The notes under the pieces are model-generated. The model did not search any database. It saw nothing but the letters and a program-made list of their open reading frames with translations, and was not told the origin of the DNA. Source: Malacoraja senta (lineage: Eukaryota). From it: DNA of 64,000 bases. Shown here piece after piece: positions 36,744 to 48,403 of the stretch. Made by a program: the position numbers and the translations under genes. The stretch is taken from positions 20,896,001-20,960,000 of the forward strand of contig CM075989.1 in assembly GCA_038087875.1 (NCBI GenBank). Reading direction: 5' to 3'. The first letter of the stretch is position 1; the number at the start of each line of letters is the position of its first letter.

Positions 36744-37494
36744 TGTGCAAGCTTTTGGAAACATATCTGAAGCATCTTTGCAATGCACTATGGCAGTGAA
36801 ATTAAAGTATCCATGCTGCTTTGTTTAAAGATGAATGTGTATTTCAGAGCATCTCCTTGGCATAAGATTCTCTAATGCTTTCCCATTAATAGCCTGTGGA
36901 AAATGAAAGGGGATCTCAAAATTGTTAATTTACAATCTTACATTAACTAATGAATTTGGATATTTTTGAAGCTAGACATTGCAAAGAAACTTTTAATGGT
37001 GTTTTGAAAAAGTTTAGATCGGTAACTTTGTCTATTAGTGTTATGTTAGCCAGTAGTAAAGCAAACATAATGGCATTTAAACAAATGACACACTACTTAT
37101 TGTTTCAGAAAGAGGAAATTCAGCCTACCAGATCCCTGCCTGTTACCAGTAGTTACCCATCAACTACCTCCTTGATTATTATGCTACTTACATACACTAA
37201 GAATTAATTTACAGTAGCCAACTAATGTCCCATGTCTTTGGGGTATGGGAGGAAAACGTTTAAACTCTGCAATAGAATTGGTTTATTTATGGGGAGAAGG
37301 CAGGAGAATGGGTCGACAAGGAAAGACAGATCAACCATGATTGAATGGCGGAGTAGACTTGATGGGCCGAATGGCCTAATTCTGCTCCTGTAAACAATTA
37401 TTCTTGAAGAGGCACAGTGAAAGGCGTGTGTACTAGCTATCCAATTAAATAAGATATTATACACGAGTACAATCAAGCCATACACAAATACAGG

Positions 37495-37865
37495 TGTCTC
37501 CTCAGTACCACGCAGCTCCGCCTTTGCTCCCCCTTCTCCCCCCGGTCACAACAGGGACAGTCCCCCAGTTCTTACCTTTCACCGCATCAGTTATCGCATA
37601 CAACACATAATCCTCCAACATTTTCACCACCTCCAACGGGATTCCACCACGAGTCACATCTTCCCATCTCCACCCCTTTCCGCAGAGACTGTTCCCCCCG
37701 CAACACCCTGGTTAACTCATCCCTTCCCACCCTTCCCACCCCCTCCCCAGGCACCTTCCCGTCTCCATACCTCCTCCCACGACTCCATCCAGGGACCCCG
37801 AGTCCTTTCAGGTTAGGCAGAGGTTCACTTGCACCTCCTCCAACCTCATCTATTGTATCTGTCAT
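37495..37865 (+). mobile_element. Penelope-like element internal fragment (RT/GIY-YIG linker)
   Basis: Degenerate PVLTFH..RIQHIILQHFHHLQRDSTTSHIFPSPPLS...SFQVRQRFTCTSSNLIYCI. Confidence 0.75.
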
Positions 37866-38984
37866 CCGACTGATTCATCCTCTTTGCCTGCTACAAACTA
37901 TGATTGGAAATCCTTCTTGTAAAGACATTTTGTGGGTATAAAGCCTGAGCTTTTCAGCATTGTGAAAAGTTGGTGACTGAGTTTATTTTCTGATTTTTCT
38001 CACTTTCAAAAGCTTGTTGGGGACAGGAACAGGCACAAAGCAGTCATTTGTTTTTTTACATGACTTATCTTTTGGTGACATTGTCATTTTAAGTAGAAGG
38101 AAATCTTGCACAGGCCGTTCACAGGCATCAAATGTGTTCTGTTTTTACAGGTGCCCTTAAGTTTGTTTTGACCACAAATCGAAAAATATACATAACTCGA
38201 TATGGTAAAGCTTTCACCTCCACAGTCCTGTAATGAATGGCAACAAAAGCACAGAAGACCTATTAAAAAAAAAAAGAACAATGGCTAAAATTGGCGAGAG
38301 GAAGCTAGTTCTGCCCATGATCTCTGCTGTTCTATTCAGGAGGGTCCCAACCCAAAACCTCACCTATCCATATTCTGCAGAGATGCTGTCTGACCCGTTG
38401 AGTTTCTCCAGCACTTTGTGTCTTTGAATGCAATTGTATACTCACATGATACAAGTGACCAGCTGACACTGTGGGTAGTTCGGTGTGACCACAGCACTGA
38501 TTGCGGTGCATGGCTACTTCCCCATTAGGTTCAAGCAACTTTACACAAGCCTTCAATGGCCATTCAGAGGATGGGCCCTGCATTAATGAGGCATGCTAAT
38601 GAGCACACTTGTATGTGGAAAACGGGTGGTCAGAATACTCTTAGCATGTTAGGAAAGGTTTGTCTGCATTTAAAGAAAGACATCTAAACCGTTTTATGAA
38701 GTCAGAGCCTAGCGTGTATCTATAGATACTATACTAAACTCTCTGACCAGACTCCATCTTTGAATCCTAAAGATTGAAGTGAAGCAGCACAGTGAGCTCT
38801 TCAGTTCCCAAAGTCTTTCCACTATATAAAACAGGAACAAATGAACAAAATACTTCAACTTGTTCTAAATACTGAATGATGACGGCCCAAATGTTGTCCA
38901 CAAGGGGCAGAAGGCACAGCAATTTCTCCCTCCATCCCATTAAATTTAAATTACAGGAAATGAATTAAAGTATGACTAGTACAG

Positions 38985-41018
38985 AAAAGGTTATGTTCAA
39001 AAAAGTTTATTAAAACATTGCATTGGATTTAAATAGTAGAAAATACACTGTCCTTTGCATCAAGGTGCAAAAAAAATTGGAGAAAGTCACAGTTTTAACG
39101 GCAAAGAATAAAGCACATTTAGCTTATTGTATAATTCACATTCAAAGTAACAGATTTGTGCTCATGTTTTCACTCCATTTGAAATGCTCCTCTGCCTTTA
39201 CAATTACCCAAGACTTAACATAAACAAGGTCACTTTAGGGACAATTGCTGAACGCATCACCACAGTTAATGAACAAGTATGAAAAAAGCTATAAAGGTTA
39301 TGCACAACACTATTAACATTGCTGTGTCACCACTTTTGTGACCAAAGTTTTCATTTTCCAAAAGCCAAGTGCATCATTTTATATTGGACTTTAAGACATT
39401 TTATGTCATATTTGTGAAGCTACAAAAATTTTAATCATGACCTCAGGCTCCAGAATTTCCTAACAAAGTTTAAAAAATATTTTGTCATAATGGAAAGTAT
39501 AATTCACATTGAAAACTTGAGGCAATTTATTTTGGCGATAAAATATGATTAAAGATATCTGTGCAAAGAGTTCTCACTTTTTTATTTGCCAATGTGGTTT
39601 GCGATTAAAACACAATTTTCCGGTTTTCAGTACTATCAAGAGATAACCCTGAACAAATCAGGAATAAGCCGGAAGATTCTTCAGCAATTAGAACAAAAGT
39701 TCTCTCCCAATAAACACAAGTAAGAACAAAAACAAAAATCAGGAGTGCACTACAGTCAAAGCCCTGAGAAACACAATATTGCACCATAAATTTTCCAAAT
39801 CAGAAATCAAAATGGGAATTCTAAATTGCAGAAATCACCAGAATGCTGGAGAAAAAGGCAGCCGCAATAATTCCTGTTTGATCAAGCTTCCACATGAAAC
39901 ACTATTCCATCGATGCATTAAATGCAAGGTCGCCACTCGAGTAAGTGCTTTACTTGTTCGGGAAGTGAACAAAACATATAAAGTCTTTCACGTACATGCA
40001 AAATTTCAACAACTCAGAATTGCTGCTTTACTACAAAATCAAGTGTGCCGAGAGATATGGTCACATTTCTCTGCTCAAAAATTCATTTTTTATAAAAAAG
40101 TTACGAGGACACACTTTACATGCAAATTTAGCATAGTCTTGGAATCCAACCACTCCCTATTTAAGTACTGGTAAACATCAGTCAAAAAAAATTTCTGGCA
40201 AATACCTTCACAAGATATGTGGCATGAAAGCCAGTTGTCAGACATTAATAGTGAACAATTTATCAGCATATGCAATTGTCCCGAGTACCTCTTCTACTAC
40301 CATAGTTAGCACCGCCAGGCCACCCCTATCTGCTCCACGTTTCCAGATAGTATTCAGGCTGGCAAAACTATTCCCTCTATTCAGCTGGCCTGCATTTGTA
40401 GAGGCACCAAATGATTATGCACTACAATACATCGACCGCATACAGATTCATAAACAATGTCAAATCAATTTTTTTGGTAGCTACAAATGCAGATTATGGC
40501 AACCATTTTCTGAAGCTATTAATTTGCTCAGCACTTAAAGCAACATTGGCAGTAATTTCAATAACTGGAAACACTAGAGTGTTTTAAGAGGGCATAGAAA
40601 TGCAAACGTAAACATTAAGTGTTGGTTTTTCCAACTAGGATCAACAGTCCCCAATAGTTCAGACTTCTTTTCTCCTTTCTACTGATGGATATAGCAAGTG
40701 GTGGATGCTTGTATCATCGCCCCACCATTAGTTGTTACCGTAGCAGTAAGTCTGAAGTCAATGCATTTGGTTGCTTACAGCCCTTGAGAACAAGGTTTCA
40801 ATCGTTCCGTAGTGTCTGGACTGATTACATTTTCCCTTTTTCTCCCCCCTTGGTTCAGGATCAGCAGCAGTCCTTCCTCGTCCCTCTGCCCAGTGCGGGC
40901 CAATGATTTTTCACCATCTTCTCAGTTGTCTCCCATTCAAACGATACTCTGAGATGCTCTCTACTTCCATCCTGAACTATTCGAATCACAGATGACCTCA
41001 AGTTACAGATAATCCTGC
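38985..41018 (-). other. ARRDC4: Probable ARRDC4 3'UTR, with candidate polyA signal AATAAA at 39011-39006
   Basis: ~2 kb AT-rich, repeat-free stretch after the stop; minus-strand AATAAA followed by U-rich sequence. The 3' end is inferred. Confidence 0.6.
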
Positions 41019-41078
41019 TCAAATTTCAAACGACACTTCATGTTGCACCTCTTCAGAAAAGGCAGGATTGGGGTCAAC
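41019..41078 (-). CDS. ARRDC4: ARRDC4 exon 8 coding part
   Basis: ttgtag|VDPNPAFSEEVQHEVSFEI*; TGA at 41021-41019. Confidence 0.88.
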   Translation of the reverse strand, partial: VDPNPAFSEEVQHEVSFEI

Positions 41079-44000
41079 CTACAAGGGCGAAACAATTTAT
41101 ATACTTATTTTGAAATGTAGCCAGTCTCTAAAGTCATGCAGGTGACAGACAATACTGTTGTTATAATAGAAAATCTAATTTGTACGGAAAGTTTGGCCTC
41201 ATTAAAACAGAGTATCAAAAAACTTGTCCAAACCTCTGAATAAACTGGTGGTGGCTGAAATCTGAATTCCTGAATGTAAGCAAATATGGGGCTGCCAAAT
41301 TCATGCTCCAAATCATCAGCTTGTGGAAGAGAAGGAAATTGTCTGGCAAGGTCTTCCTCAGACACGACATCAGCATAGTTGGGTGGAGCTTTATAGAAAA
41401 AAAATAAAGGAGAGCTTTATAATCTGAATCACTGTCAACAATCATCACATTAGAAGCCATGAACCCAGTATTTCACATGTTTTCAGAAATTATTTATTCT
41501 ACTTAAAAGGTAAAGGCTGGATTTTGGAGTTACAACAGGTGGAATTTCAATTATAATTTTAAATTGACATGTATGTGTATGTGCCATTAAGGCAAACCCA
41601 AACTGATGGTCAATTAGCAGGACTTTTACAGCTTTCTCCAACAAACAATGAATTTCCAAGAACCTTAGGTGAATGTTAAAAAATGTTAGGAAACACTCAG
41701 ATCAGGCAGCGTCTGTTAAAAATGAACAGGAATTAACATTTCAGGTTGAAGACCCTTTGTTAGAACTTGCAAAAAGAAATCCAACATCAATCTTGGTGAA
41801 ACAAATAGCTCTTCCAGATGAAGCAGCAATACATTGACTTTTAATCCAGTGCACAGAGTTCAGTGGATGCAATGTGGTCTCCACTATAAAGTAGAAACGA
41901 AACACAGATTGTTCATCTCTCTGCAAAGCATCTGCGCAGTTGGCAGAGCAACCCTGAGTTTGCTGTTTTATCACTTTAATTTTCCATTCTATTCTGACCA
42001 GTGTGGCCTCCTGCACTATTACAAGGCCCAAGGTAGCTCATTTTAGTCACTCATGTGAGGTATTGATTTAACTTCTCTCTCTCCCCCCACCCCAGCACAG
42101 CTCAACATATGCTGCTCATCTTACAGCCAAACATGTCAATCTCCTTTCGTTGTATTCCCTCCAACTAGCCCCCCCATAACATATTGATCAGATGACTGCT
42201 TCAACTTGTCCTTATTGCAAACCATAACCCGCTTTTCACGGAAATTATTTTTATCTCAGCTACTCCTTTTTTTTAAACTTAAAACCAACTTGTTCTCTTC
42301 CCTTTCCTGACAAAGAGACTTTCACCTGATAAGTTATGACCATTTCCCTTTCCACATATGCTGCCTTACCCAATGAGTGTTCTAGCACTTTGTTTTCATA
42401 ACCAAGTTCCAATATCTGCATTTCTTTTGATTGGCAATAATTTGGGATACCCATGTTTTTCACTTTAGAAAAAAAACCTGTTATACTCTGCTTCAATAGA
42501 TGTTATACTCTGCTTCAATAGATGCAATTAAGCTTTTAAATGGCATAAAACCTGCAATTTACAGAATCCTTTCAATTTTGTAAATATAGATTGACATTCC
42601 CTCAAATCTTTGGTATGATTTGGTTTTCACAATAATTGGATATTCAAGTTGCTACCTTAATTTGTGTGCATCTGTAATTAGCTTTGAAACGGCAGAGATT
42701 TGCTTTTCATCTTTTATCTGGGAGAGTTCTTTATTGCTGCTCTGCATCCTTGATTACAACATTGTTGCTAGATTCCAAAAGATATCTTGGAATGAACACT
42801 TAACAGCAACAGATATCAGAAGATTCAAAATTATTGAGCTTTCCAACCCTATAGGATGTTTGAGGTCAGCTGTGACTACAATTAATCCACTGTTAATTCC
42901 AAAATACAGGTGTCTACTTCCAATAATTCGTTCCATTGATTAGATTTCACAATATCTAAATAGATATGGAGGTAAAGCATTTACCTTCAGGTTGTTCTGG
43001 TAGGGCAAGTTGAAGCCAACTCATATCCAGCCCAAAATGACCAGAAATGCTGGATGTTCTGCTTCCAAAGCCATTGTATGGAATTGTACCAATAACTATA
43101 GGAAGCTCCAGCATTAGCTTTTTAGAACCTGGAATGTGTACATAAACCTGTAAATAAAAAGATTAAAAAGTGAAGATCCAAATGAAAAATGTATTTAGAA
43201 CTTTATGGAAAATAAGCTATTTTCTGTTTTTGCAATCTTATGCATTAATTGCTTGTGTTATTAGCTGCCATGAAGGGAAGTGTTATAATAACTTATATTG
43301 AGGTTTTCATAAAGTAACCCATATTAATATGTCACAAACATACTTACAGCCAAAGAGTATTCCACTCGGATGATGCTGCAGTCTAAGATAGATGGGTTTA
43401 CGGGTGGGATTTTGAGACTCTTCCCATTCCACGATTCTGTACTACCAGAGGCAACATGGTTTCCACGGACATTTGCAATAATTTGTCGAAACGTCTTAGT
43501 TTTTTCATTTGCGAGATAAGTCTGGGTTTGAAAAATAGCAGCTTTTGGCATAATGAGTCGTGATGAGCAATTCTCAAACTCCGCATAGATTGGGATTGCT
43601 TCACCTGTGGTAAAAATTACAGTTAGCACGAGGAAATAAAATATTTAGGTGAAACCGTCTATGTAAAATGTTTTATAAATGCAACTTACCATTACAAAAT
43701 CCACTTCTCTCAATTTTGGCACTTAATGATATTGGTCCAGAGGTAAAAAGCCAACAACCAATCGTCTTCTCTATACTCTTTGACACTGATGCCTGAAAAG
43801 GAAATGATAAACAGTTCAGTAAGAACTAAATAGTTATCTGTCAGTACTTAATTTCAAGGTGGTGCTATCCATTAGTGGTTTGTTTTAATCTGAAGCATTG
43901 TTGAGATATTTATTTGCTAAACTAATCAAGGCACCACTGAGGTCCAAAGAGGAATCTGTCTAAATGACACCAATCATAAGGATATTTGCAGTTAAAAATT

Positions 44001-47000
44001 CATCCTAAACACCAATTGCAAGTTAATCTATAAATATTGCTAAAAAGTATTGGATTAGGTATGTTATGAACTGCTTTACAGACTAATTGCCAGAAAATCT
44101 GGCTGCAAAGTATTAATTCAAATTCAACATAGCCTCTTAAGAGTTTCCTCAAAACAAATTAAACCAATGACACCCATTTATGTGCGTTAAGATTGCAATA
44201 TTTACATTTTGCGGAGCAATGTCAGTACTTCACAGCTAATTAGTTATTTTAGTACGTGAAGCAGCCCAGCATGGGAACAGGCCCTTCGGCCGCCCACAAT
44301 GTCTGCGTCGAACATGATCAATTTTATCTGCTTCAACATAATCCATTCTTCTTCATTCCCTGCATATCCATGTGCCTATCCAAAAGTCTCTTAAATGCTA
44401 CTATCATATTTGCCTCCACCAACACCCCTGGCAGCATATTCCAAGCACTTGCCACCAAAAAAAAACTTGCCCTGCACATCTACTTTAAATTGTGGCCCTC
44501 TCACTTTAAAGTTGTGCCCTCTAATAGTTGATATTTTCCAATTTGGGTAAAAGGTTCTGCATACCCGCAACTTCCAGTATTTCAGATTTTGTGGACTAAA
44601 CTGTAGTATCTGCAAGTTGGAGATTTATATTAATTCTTAAACCTGAATGTACAATTATAAAGCCAAACCTTTAGAATCAGATCAGTAATTAATAATTGCA
44701 AAATCTATTCACTTTTGAGTTTATCACAATTGATTTTTGTTTTAGGTTGATCTACTTGCAAGACAACAGCACAGATGTTCTAAAATCCTGTTGACAGCTG
44801 TTTAAATGTTTCCAACAATGTAATACAAAAACAAATTAACTTACCAAGAAATATGGTGCATTAACATCAATTTGACTTGTTACAGAGAATTCCCTCTTCA
44901 CAACTTGACTTGTGCCACAAGGTCGCTCAGTATTGCTGTCACCCAATACTTCACACTGCCATATTTTCCACTGAAGGATGTGACCAATGGCCTGTTTTAG
45001 ACAATTATAAACTACATTGTAGAATCTTTGCTGACATTTGTTTTTGTGAATTTAAAAATCACTTTTTTTGAATAGATCACTTACCCTTGTGGAAGATGAA
45101 ACTGAATGGAAACTCATGTTTTCCAGGTTGTAATGTGAAGTATCCTTCATCATCTGTTAAGAAAGAACAAAGTTGTACAACATATCAATAAAGTGAAAGG
45201 GCATTTGCAAGAAATCAAAAACAAACATTATTTATATACAAACTGGGAGATAGTAATTTGAAAAGCCAAATTAATGTATTTATTGAGGGGGGGGGGTTGG
45301 GGGAGAGAGAGAAAGAGGATAGTAAGGACATAATTTAGTCATGGTGCTTCAGTCACAATAAGGGCAAGTGCAAAGATTTGCTCAACTCACTGCAATCTTT
45401 CTTCAAAAAAAAGTCATCTATTTTAATTAGATTTTCCTTCCCCCACAACTAACTAGCTTATTTCTGAACACTTCAACCTGTGTCTCTGCTTTATTGACCA
45501 GATCCATGTAGATTGGGTAATTGCTTTACAGAATAACTCAACAGAATTGATTAAATTTCAATATACTTGCTTTTCAATATACCTGCACGAAATTCAGCAG
45601 AATGTTTTAAAATTGAGTTGAGATTATAGAACTCAGTCCAAAGGAAGATCTCAAGCTTCCCCACCTGACCTCTACGTTGGCCTCATGTTCCAAATCCACT
45701 TAAAAGTTCCCAACTGTAGTTTGGGAAACATCTCATTTTCCAATTTGACATGTTACATTTAACATAGCCTGAATTTAACATTCAGAAAGCCAGGTTTTCC
45801 AGGTTACGTCAGTATTGGCTAATTCTGCTGAAAACTTATTGTACTGAAACATCAGGTGTTTCCCCCCCATCATAGATACTGCCTGTCCTGCTGAATATTT
45901 CTATCATTGTTATTATTTGAGATTTAGAGCATCTACACTTGGCTTTTCAATGATACATTTCTGTTTCTGTGACAGATAGTGTTCACTATTTTTCAAACAT
46001 TTTCAAAGTTACCCTGGGAGTTGCAACAAATATTTCCCAAACTTGCACGTAGAAAGCTGCAAATCAATGGTCCACTGATTCACATTCTGAACTATAGAGT
46101 AGCTTATTGAAATGGAAATAAACTGCAAAATATTGTGCCAAAGGTAAAAGCACTGAGTGCCTTTTGTATGGAACAAATGATGACAGTGGTTGTTGAGGAA
46201 GAGGGAAATTAAGCACAATTCCTTTCTTGAAAAGAGATCTCTGAAAATTCTGTAGGTTCTTTTTATCTGGTTAAAGAAGTGTAACTAGGACATGAGGCAC
46301 ACAAGCTTCATTAGTTAGCATTGTCTCACTAGTTAATATGACTTTCTTCAAAGTACTCATTCAGCAGGGGGTAGCAGATGCATGCTCTAATCTAATATAG
46401 CCTGCACATTGATACTGACAGGCTTCTGGTGGTGGTCAGGGTGAGGGTGTCAGACTTTTTAGAGAGTATGGTATTGATAGAGACTATCCCCCCCACCCTC
46501 CCAAAAAATATGAAGCGGAGATTCAACACAATTACCTTTACATAAAGTGATCTCTCAAAAAACTAATACTTCTGTGCCTTATAAGTTCTACGAATCACAT
46601 GTGTCTCATTAGTCTCTGTGGTTAATATTACTTTCCCCAAAGTACTGATTCAGCAGGAAGAGAGCAGATCCATGTTCTGGTTTAATATAGCCTGAACATG
46701 GATATGGACACCGTGGGGAGGCTGGTGAGAGAAGGGGGGGAGGGAAAGATAGAGGGGAGGAGAGGAGAGGTGAAGTGAGGAGGGGGGTGGGGGGGAGACA
46801 AAAGGATGGAGGGACAGGAGGGGGATAGAGAGAAGATAGGATAATGAGGGAATGGGTGATGGGGGGGGTGGCAGGTTGGGGGGGGGGTGGCAGGTTGGGG
46901 GGGGTGGGTGGCAGGTTGGGGAGGGGGGTGGGCAGGTTGGGCGGTGGCAGGTTGGGTGGGTGGGTGGCAGGTTGGGGAGGGGGGTGGGTGGCAGGTTGGG

Positions 47001-47982
47001 GAGGGGGGTGGGTGGCAGGTTGGGGAGGGGGGTGGGTGGCAGGTTGGGGAGGGGGTGGGTGGCAGGTTGGGATGGGGGTGGGTGGCAGGTTGGGGATGGG
47101 GGTGGGTGGCAGGTTGGGGAGGGGGTGGGTGGCAGGTTGGGGAGGGTGGCAGGTTGGGGAGGGGGGTGGGTGGCAGGTTGGGGAGGGGGTGGGTGGCAGG
47201 TTGGGGAGGGGGGTGGGTGGCAGGTTGGGGAGGGGGGTGGGTGGCAGGTTGGGGAGGGTGGCAGGTTGGGGATGGGGGTGGGTGGCAGGTTGGGGAGGGG
47301 GGTGGGTGGCAGGTTGGGGAGGGGGTGGGTGGCAGGTTGGGGATGGGGGTGGGTGGCAGGTTGGGGAGGGGGTGGGTGGCAGGTTGGGGAGGGTGGCAGG
47401 TTGGGGAAGGGGGTGGGTGGCAGGTTGGGGAGGGTGGCAGGTTGGGGAGGGGGTGGGTGGCAGGTTGGGGAGGGGGGTGGGTGGCAGGTTGGGGAGGGGG
47501 TGGGTGGCAGGTTGGGGAGGGGGTGGGTGGCAGGTTGGGGAGGGGGGTGGGTGGCAGGTTGGGGAGGGGGTGGGTGGCAGGTTGGGGAGGGGGGTGGGTG
47601 GCAGGTTGGGGAGGGGGGTGGGTGGCAGGTTGGGGAGGGGGGTGGGTGGCAGGTTGGGGGGGGGGGGTGGGTGGCAGGTTGGGGGGGTGGGTGGCAGGTT
47701 GGACGGTGGGGCAGCTCCCTCCCCCGTACCTGCGGCCCGCCGCACCACCTGCCGCTGCTGCAGGTACACCACCTCATCGCGGTGCCGCGCCGCCGCTGTT
47801 GCCAGGCCGTCGCCCCCCCAGTGGACGCGGGCACAGCCCTTGGCCTCCAGCCGCAGCTGGATGACAGGCAGCCGGACGCCGGTCTCCAGCAGCAGCTGCC
47901 CCGACACCCGCTCCCCGCTCGAGTAGCTGCTCAGATCCCGGCCGTCCAGCACGATGCCGAAACTCTTCAGCCGGACGCCCAT
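41019..47982 (-). CDS. ARRDC4: Arrestin domain-containing protein 4 (alpha-arrestin), 8 coding exons, ~402 aa if two 1-bp deletions are corrected
   Basis: Spliced translation gives MGVRLKSFGIVL...LQPGKHEFPFSF...PLVTSFSGKYGSVKY...GCWLFTSGPISLSAKIER...GEAIPIYAEFENCSSRLIMPKAAIFQTQTYLA...LPEQPEAPPNYADVVSEE...IQEFRFQPPPVYSEVDP, closely matching recalled vertebrate ARRDC4. All introns are GT-AG; two PPxY motifs. Confidence 0.9.
41234..41388 (-). CDS. ARRDC4: ARRDC4 exon 7 (155 nt), both PPxY motifs
   Basis: APPNYADVVSEEDLARQF...FAYIQEFRFQPPPVYSE; AG/GT borders. Confidence 0.92.
41670..42430 (+). mobile_element. Old degenerate Penelope-like GIY-YIG fragment in ARRDC4 intron 6
   Basis: QCGLHYKVETKHRL...HFNF...GLLHY resembles GIY-YIG 'CGLLYIGETKRRL'; degenerate terminal modules flank it. 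Confidence 0.55.
42985..43147 (-). CDS. ARRDC4: ARRDC4 exon 6 (163 nt)
   Basis: VYVHIPGSKKLMLELPIVIGTIPYNGFGSRTSSISGHFGLDMSWLQLALPEQPE; AG/GT borders. Confidence 0.93.
43348..43604 (-). CDS. ARRDC4: ARRDC4 exon 5 (257 nt)
   Basis: GEAIPIYAEFENCSSRLIMPKAAIFQTQTYL...IIRVEYSLA|GTAAGT; within ORF 43324..43629. Confidence 0.93.
43690..43792 (-). CDS. ARRDC4: ARRDC4 exon 4 (103 nt)
   Basis: ttttcag|ASVSKSIEKTIGCWLFTSGPISLSAKIERSGFCN G|GTAAGT. Confidence 0.92.
44845..44991 (-). CDS. ARRDC4: ARRDC4 exon 3 (147 nt as assembled; apparent 1-bp deletion)
   Basis: Acceptor aaacag, donor GTAAGT; PLVTSFSGKYGSVKYWVTAIL / ERPCGTSQVVKREFSVTSQIDVNAPYFL in two frames. Confidence 0.88.
45085..45153 (-). CDS. 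ARRDC4: ARRDC4 exon 2 (69 nt as assembled; apparent 1-bp deletion)
   Basis: Acceptor ttaacag, donor GTAAGT; DDEGYFTLQPGKHEFPFSF, then the frame slips (HLPQG lies in another frame). Confidence 0.88.
46866..47702. repeat. G-rich minisatellite in ARRDC4 intron 1, unit ~GGGTGGCAGGTTGGGGAGGGGGT
   Basis: About 35-40 tandem units of ~17-24 bp, directly visible. Confidence 0.97.
47730..47982 (-). CDS. ARRDC4: ARRDC4 coding exon 1 (253 nt)
   Basis: Kozak gccATGG; arrestin-N start (YSSGERVSGQLLLE...LEAKGCARVHW); donor G|GTACGG, phase 1. Confidence 0.88.
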
Positions 47983-48029
47983 GGCCGGGGTGGGGGGCGA
48001 GGGCCCCGCATAGACCACCGCCCACACCG

Positions 48030-48340
48030 GCTCCTCTCCTCCTTCCCTCCTTCCCTCCTTCTCTCTCTCTCCCACTTCTCACTCTTGACCTTTGCTCCTT
48101 CTCTTTCCCTCTTTCTTCTCTCCCTCTCCTCCTTCCCCCCTTGTTCTCCTCCTCTCCCTCCTTCTCTTTCTCTTCTTCTCTCATTCACACCTCCCCACCT
48201 CCCCACATTCTCCTCTGTCCTCCTTCGCCTTCTCCCCTTCCCTTCTCTTCCTTTCCCTTCTCTTTATCTCCCCACCCCTTCCTCTTTCTCCTTTTGTCTT
48301 CTCCCCCTTCACCCCTCCTTCACCCCTTCTTTACCGCCCT
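48030..48340. repeat. Polypyrimidine/polypurine low-complexity tract
   Basis: Almost pure C/T on the plus strand. Confidence 0.9.
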
Positions 48341-48367
48341 GTGGTGAGGTGACTGCAGGCAGGCAGC

Positions 48368-48369
<2 letters not shown>

Positions 48370-48400
<31 letters not shown>
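48370..48400. repeat. (GT)n microsatellite followed by poly-G
   Basis: Directly visible. Confidence 0.95.

Positions 48401-48403
<3 letters not shown>

Noticed and set aside
41019..47982. Alternative identity TXNIP, ARRDC2 or ARRDC3
   Set aside because: GCWLFTSGP, GEAIPIYAE, TQTYLA and PEQPEAPPNYADVVSEE match recalled ARRDC4 best; a phylogeny would settle it.
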